Part shown: positions 41,275-43,788 of the stretch, in pieces | Layout of the letters: each line of letters opens with the position of its first letter | Numbering within the stretch: the first letter of the stretch is position 1 | Origin: an uncultured Gammaproteobacteria bacterium | Lineage (GTDB): Bacteria > Pseudomonadota > Gammaproteobacteria > Pseudomonadales > Litorivicinaceae | Assembly (NCBI GenBank): GCA_913031455.1 | Contig: CAJWFL010000001.1 | Span: 1-43,788, forward strand | DNA length: 43,788 bases | Direction of reading: 5' to 3' | Translations under genes and position numbers: made by a program | The notes under the pieces: generated by a model | What the model saw: only the letters and a program-made list of their open reading frames with translations | What the model was told of the DNA's origin: nothing | The model's database searches: none

Positions 41275-41862
41275 ATGAAGTCAATGGCATTCCATATCCG
41301 TAATCTCCCATTTGCTGGCACCGTCACCCGTTGGCACTCCGTGAATTGTCACCGTTATCCATCAGTTCCTGTGCATTCGTGTTTGGTCGCTCTGTACGTG
41401 CGGGAAATTGTATCTCGAGTATATCCAAGTCTTTCTGCTAAAGATCAGGTGCTTTTGCATGAATTGGCTTTGATGCACGACTTGTCCGAAGTGGTCACGG
41501 GGGACATGCCTTCACCAATTAAGCGGCAGTTAAAAATAGTTTTTCCGCTGGGTGAATCACCAATTGATCGGCTTGAAGCATCGATTTGTCCCGACGCTGC
41601 TTCGCGCGAACATCTGGTAAAATCTGGATGCCCTCATATTTATTTCTGTATGAAGCTATCCGATATTTTGGATGCGATGGTGGTGATTAAGCTGGAGGGA
41701 AAGGGTCCTGTGGCGAAGCGTATTGAACAAGAGCGTACCAAGGCGTTTGATGCGCTTCTTGATCGGGCGCAATCGGAGTGTCCAGACGGGAAGTGGTCAC
41801 GCGCCCATGAAGTTCGAGAGGCAGTGATGAGTCTCACACACGTGCAGATTGATGAAATCTAA
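41275..41862 (+). CDS. HD-domain phosphohydrolase, YfbR/DatZ-like
   Basis: VTRW...HS...LMHDLSEVVTGDMPSPIK...KLSDILD, matching the 5'-deoxynucleotidase-type HD pattern. Confidence 0.82.
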   Translation: MKSMAFHIRNLPFAGTVTRWHSVNCHRYPSVPVHSCLVALYVREIVSRVYPSLSAKDQVLLHELALMHDLSEVVTGDMPSPIKRQLKIVFPLGESPIDRLEASICPDAASREHLVKSGCPHIYFCMKLSDILDAMVVIKLEGKGPVAKRIEQERTKAFDALLDRAQSECPDGKWSRAHEVREAVMSLTHVQIDEI

Positions 41863-43636
41863 CCCGTCAATCCACATTCTTTCGCCGCGTCTTGCAAACC
41901 AGATTGCTGCGGGCGAGGTTGTCGAGCGACCAGCCAGCGTCGTGAAAGAGCTGATTGAAAATGCGCTAGATGCTGGATCAACACAAATTGACATTGAATG
42001 TGAAGCGGGTGGTATCGGCCGGATACGAATTCGAGACAATGGGTCAGGCATTCGAGCCGAGGAGTTGCCGCTCGCACTATCACGACACGCAACCAGTAAA
42101 ATCTTCGATCTTGATGATCTTGAAGCGGTCGGTACGCTTGGATTCCGAGGTGAAGCGCTTGCCTCGATTGCCTCAGTCTCTCGGCTTGATCTGTTATCAG
42201 CGGTCGAGGGTGAGTCTGGTTCAAAGGTATCTGTTGAAGGTCGAGAGATGGAGCCATTGATTGAGGTTTCAGCACATCCGAGAGGGACGACAGTTGATGT
42301 GCGTGATCTATTTTTCAATACGCCTGCGCGTCGTAAATTCCTCAAAACTGAAAAGACCGAATTTGGTCATATTGACACCGTGGTGAGCCGGCAAGTACTC
42401 AGCCGATTTGATGTGGGGTTTCGTCTCGTATATCAAGGACGTGTGACGCGTCAGCTACCACCTGCGCTCAGCGAAAATGCGCAGTCAGAAAGGGTGGCCA
42501 ATTTATTGGGTCGTGGTTTTATAGACGCGGCATTGCCTGTTGATTCAACTGCCATCGGGCTAAGGCTTAAGGGCTGGGCTTGTCGAGCAACCTTCAACCG
42601 AGCTCAGGCAGATTGTCAGTATGTATTCGTCAACGGTCGGATTGTTCGGGATAAGTTACTGTCACATGCGCTCAGACAAGCTTATCGAGATGTATTATTT
42701 CACGGACGGCATCCGTGTTACCTGCTCTATCTCGAGCTAGATCCAGCACAAGTCGATGTCAACGTACATCCAACGAAGCATGAAGTTCGTTTCAGGGATT
42801 CCCGTTTAATTTATGACTTTCTACGTCGCTCTGTTCTGCGAGTCCTCGCTGACGACCGACCAGATCAGGTACTTGAGCAGGATCGATCCTCGCGAGAGAC
42901 ATCAACTGATCAACAGTCCGTTGCCTCGCATTATCAAACTGATATTCGATTCCGTGAACATACTGATACATCCAACGGGTTTGACATGTTGTCGCGGGTG
43001 ACAAAACCCAGTCAGTCAATTGCGCCAACTGAAGATTCAGGTGAAGCTGATATTCCACCGATGGGCTATGCGTTGGCGCAATTACATGGCGTTTACATAT
43101 TATCCCAAACCCGTGACGGTATGATCATTGTAGATATGCACGCTGCCCATGAACGGATTACCTATGAGGCTCTCAAGCAGGCTTTGGACGATCGGGGTCT
43201 TGTTAGTCAGCCGTTACTCATTCCCATTACTGTTCATGTGAGTCAACGAGAAGCGTCACTGGTTGAAGAGGCACATGATTTATTTGAACAATTTGGGCTC
43301 GGTGTCCAGCGTGTCGGACCAGAAACGATTCGGATTGAGCACGTTCCGGCAATTCTCAGACAAGCGAGCCATGAATATTTAGTGCGCGACGTTTTGAGCG
43401 ATCTGGCTGAGGTGGGAACCAGTGGGCGGATTGTAGAGGCTCGCGATAATTTACTGGCCACCATGGCCTGTCATGGTTCTGTAAGGGCGAATCGGCAACT
43501 GACGATCTCGGAGATGAATGCATTGCTTAGAGATGTCGAGCGAACACAGCGTTCAGGCCAATGCAACCATGGCCGCCCGACGTGGACAGCCTTAACCATG
43601 CATGATTTAGACAGATTATTCTTGCGTGGGCGTTAG
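41852..43636 (+). CDS. mutL: DNA mismatch repair endonuclease MutL
   Basis: NQIAAGEVVERPASVVKEL, GFRGEAL, endonuclease motifs DMHAAHERITYE, ACH and CNHGRP. Confidence 0.98.
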   Translation: MKSNPSIHILSPRLANQIAAGEVVERPASVVKELIENALDAGSTQIDIECEAGGIGRIRIRDNGSGIRAEELPLALSRHATSKIFDLDDLEAVGTLGFRGEALASIASVSRLDLLSAVEGESGSKVSVEGREMEPLIEVSAHPRGTTVDVRDLFFNTPARRKFLKTEKTEFGHIDTVVSRQVLSRFDVGFRLVYQGRVTRQLPPALSENAQSERVANLLGRGFIDAALPVDSTAIGLRLKGWACRATFNRAQADCQYVFVNGRIVRDKLLSHALRQAYRDVLFHGRHPCYLLYLELDPAQVDVNVHPTKHEVRFRDSRLIYDFLRRSVLRVLADDRPDQVLEQDRSSRETSTDQQSVASHYQTDIRFREHTDTSNGFDMLSRVTKPSQSIAPTEDSGEADIPPMGYALAQLHGVYILSQTRDGMIIVDMHAAHERITYEALKQALDDRGLVSQPLLIPITVHVSQREASLVEEAHDLFEQFGLGVQRVGPETIRIEHVPAILRQASHEYLVRDVLSDLAEVGTSGRIVEARDNLLATMACHGSVRANRQLTISEMNALLRDVERTQRSGQCNHGRPTWTALTMHDLDRLFLRGR

Positions 43637-43637
43637 A

Positions 43638-43788
43638 TTAATTGCCGGTTGCTAGGATTCGAATGACGCCCTTTGGCTTCGAGTTTACGTTTTGAATCAA
43701 GGACGTTGGCTGACTATACAGCGTTGTCTCCGAACCAAAATTATCAACCACAACTGCCCTGACTCGAATCAAACTGCCTACATGTGCT
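43638..43788 (-). CDS. C-terminal end of a gene entering from the window edge; resembles an Ig-like repeat of secreted proteins
   Basis: Open minus frame AHVGSLIRVRAVVVDNFGSETTLYSQPTSLIQNVNSKPKGVIRILATGN, ending with TAA at 43638-43640, 1 bp from the mutL stop. Confidence 0.6.
   Translation of the reverse strand, partial: AHVGSLIRVRAVVVDNFGSETTLYSQPTSLIQNVNSKPKGVIRILATGN

Noticed and set aside
41797-42345. 182-aa minus-strand ORF
   Set aside because: Antisense shadow of the conserved mutL ATPase domain.
43644-43672. GGATTCGAA tRNA T-loop-like or attachment-site signal after mutL
   Set aside because: No cloverleaf can be formed, no integrase is visible, and the bases lie within the convergent reading frame.

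Overview
A gene-dense, mostly housekeeping region of a gammaproteobacterial chromosome. The tight gene packing and gene order suggest a streamlined, probably marine Oceanospirillales-like lineage (inference only). From left to right: rpiA (partial) and ilvA; the zapB-zapA-6S RNA-ygfA block; ygfB-pepP-ubiH-ubiI-ribE-epmB-Kef antiporter; a divergent pair made of a Pam18/TimB-like J-domain gene and a CarH/LitR-like B12-binding MerR regulator followed by a DUF6482-like gene; an Rrf2-headed SUF operon extended by Rieske ferredoxin, AbrB-like and NUDIX genes; sufE, cnoX, glnS and murQ; a partly decayed sulfane-sulfur module (SulP, TIGR01244 sulfurtransferase, persulfide dioxygenase, YeeE/YedE pair); parC-serB; hisZ-purA-hfq; rpsF-rpsR-membrane protein-rplI-efp-epmA-orn; queG; and tsaE-amiB-HD hydrolase-mutL. 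I saw no tRNA, rRNA, CRISPR array or mobile element. The best leads are: (1) the CarH-like module, which has an 11-bp-periodic operator and an atypical B12 pocket; (2) an unannotated 30-aa membrane-type ORF with its own promoter, convergent on ygfA; (3) a structured three-way-junction leader upstream of a relocated hfq; (4) a YfbR/DatZ-like HD hydrolase inserted between amiB and mutL; and (5) a perfect 25-bp Rrf2 operator over the suf promoter. Family assignments come from motif recognition by eye, not database searches.
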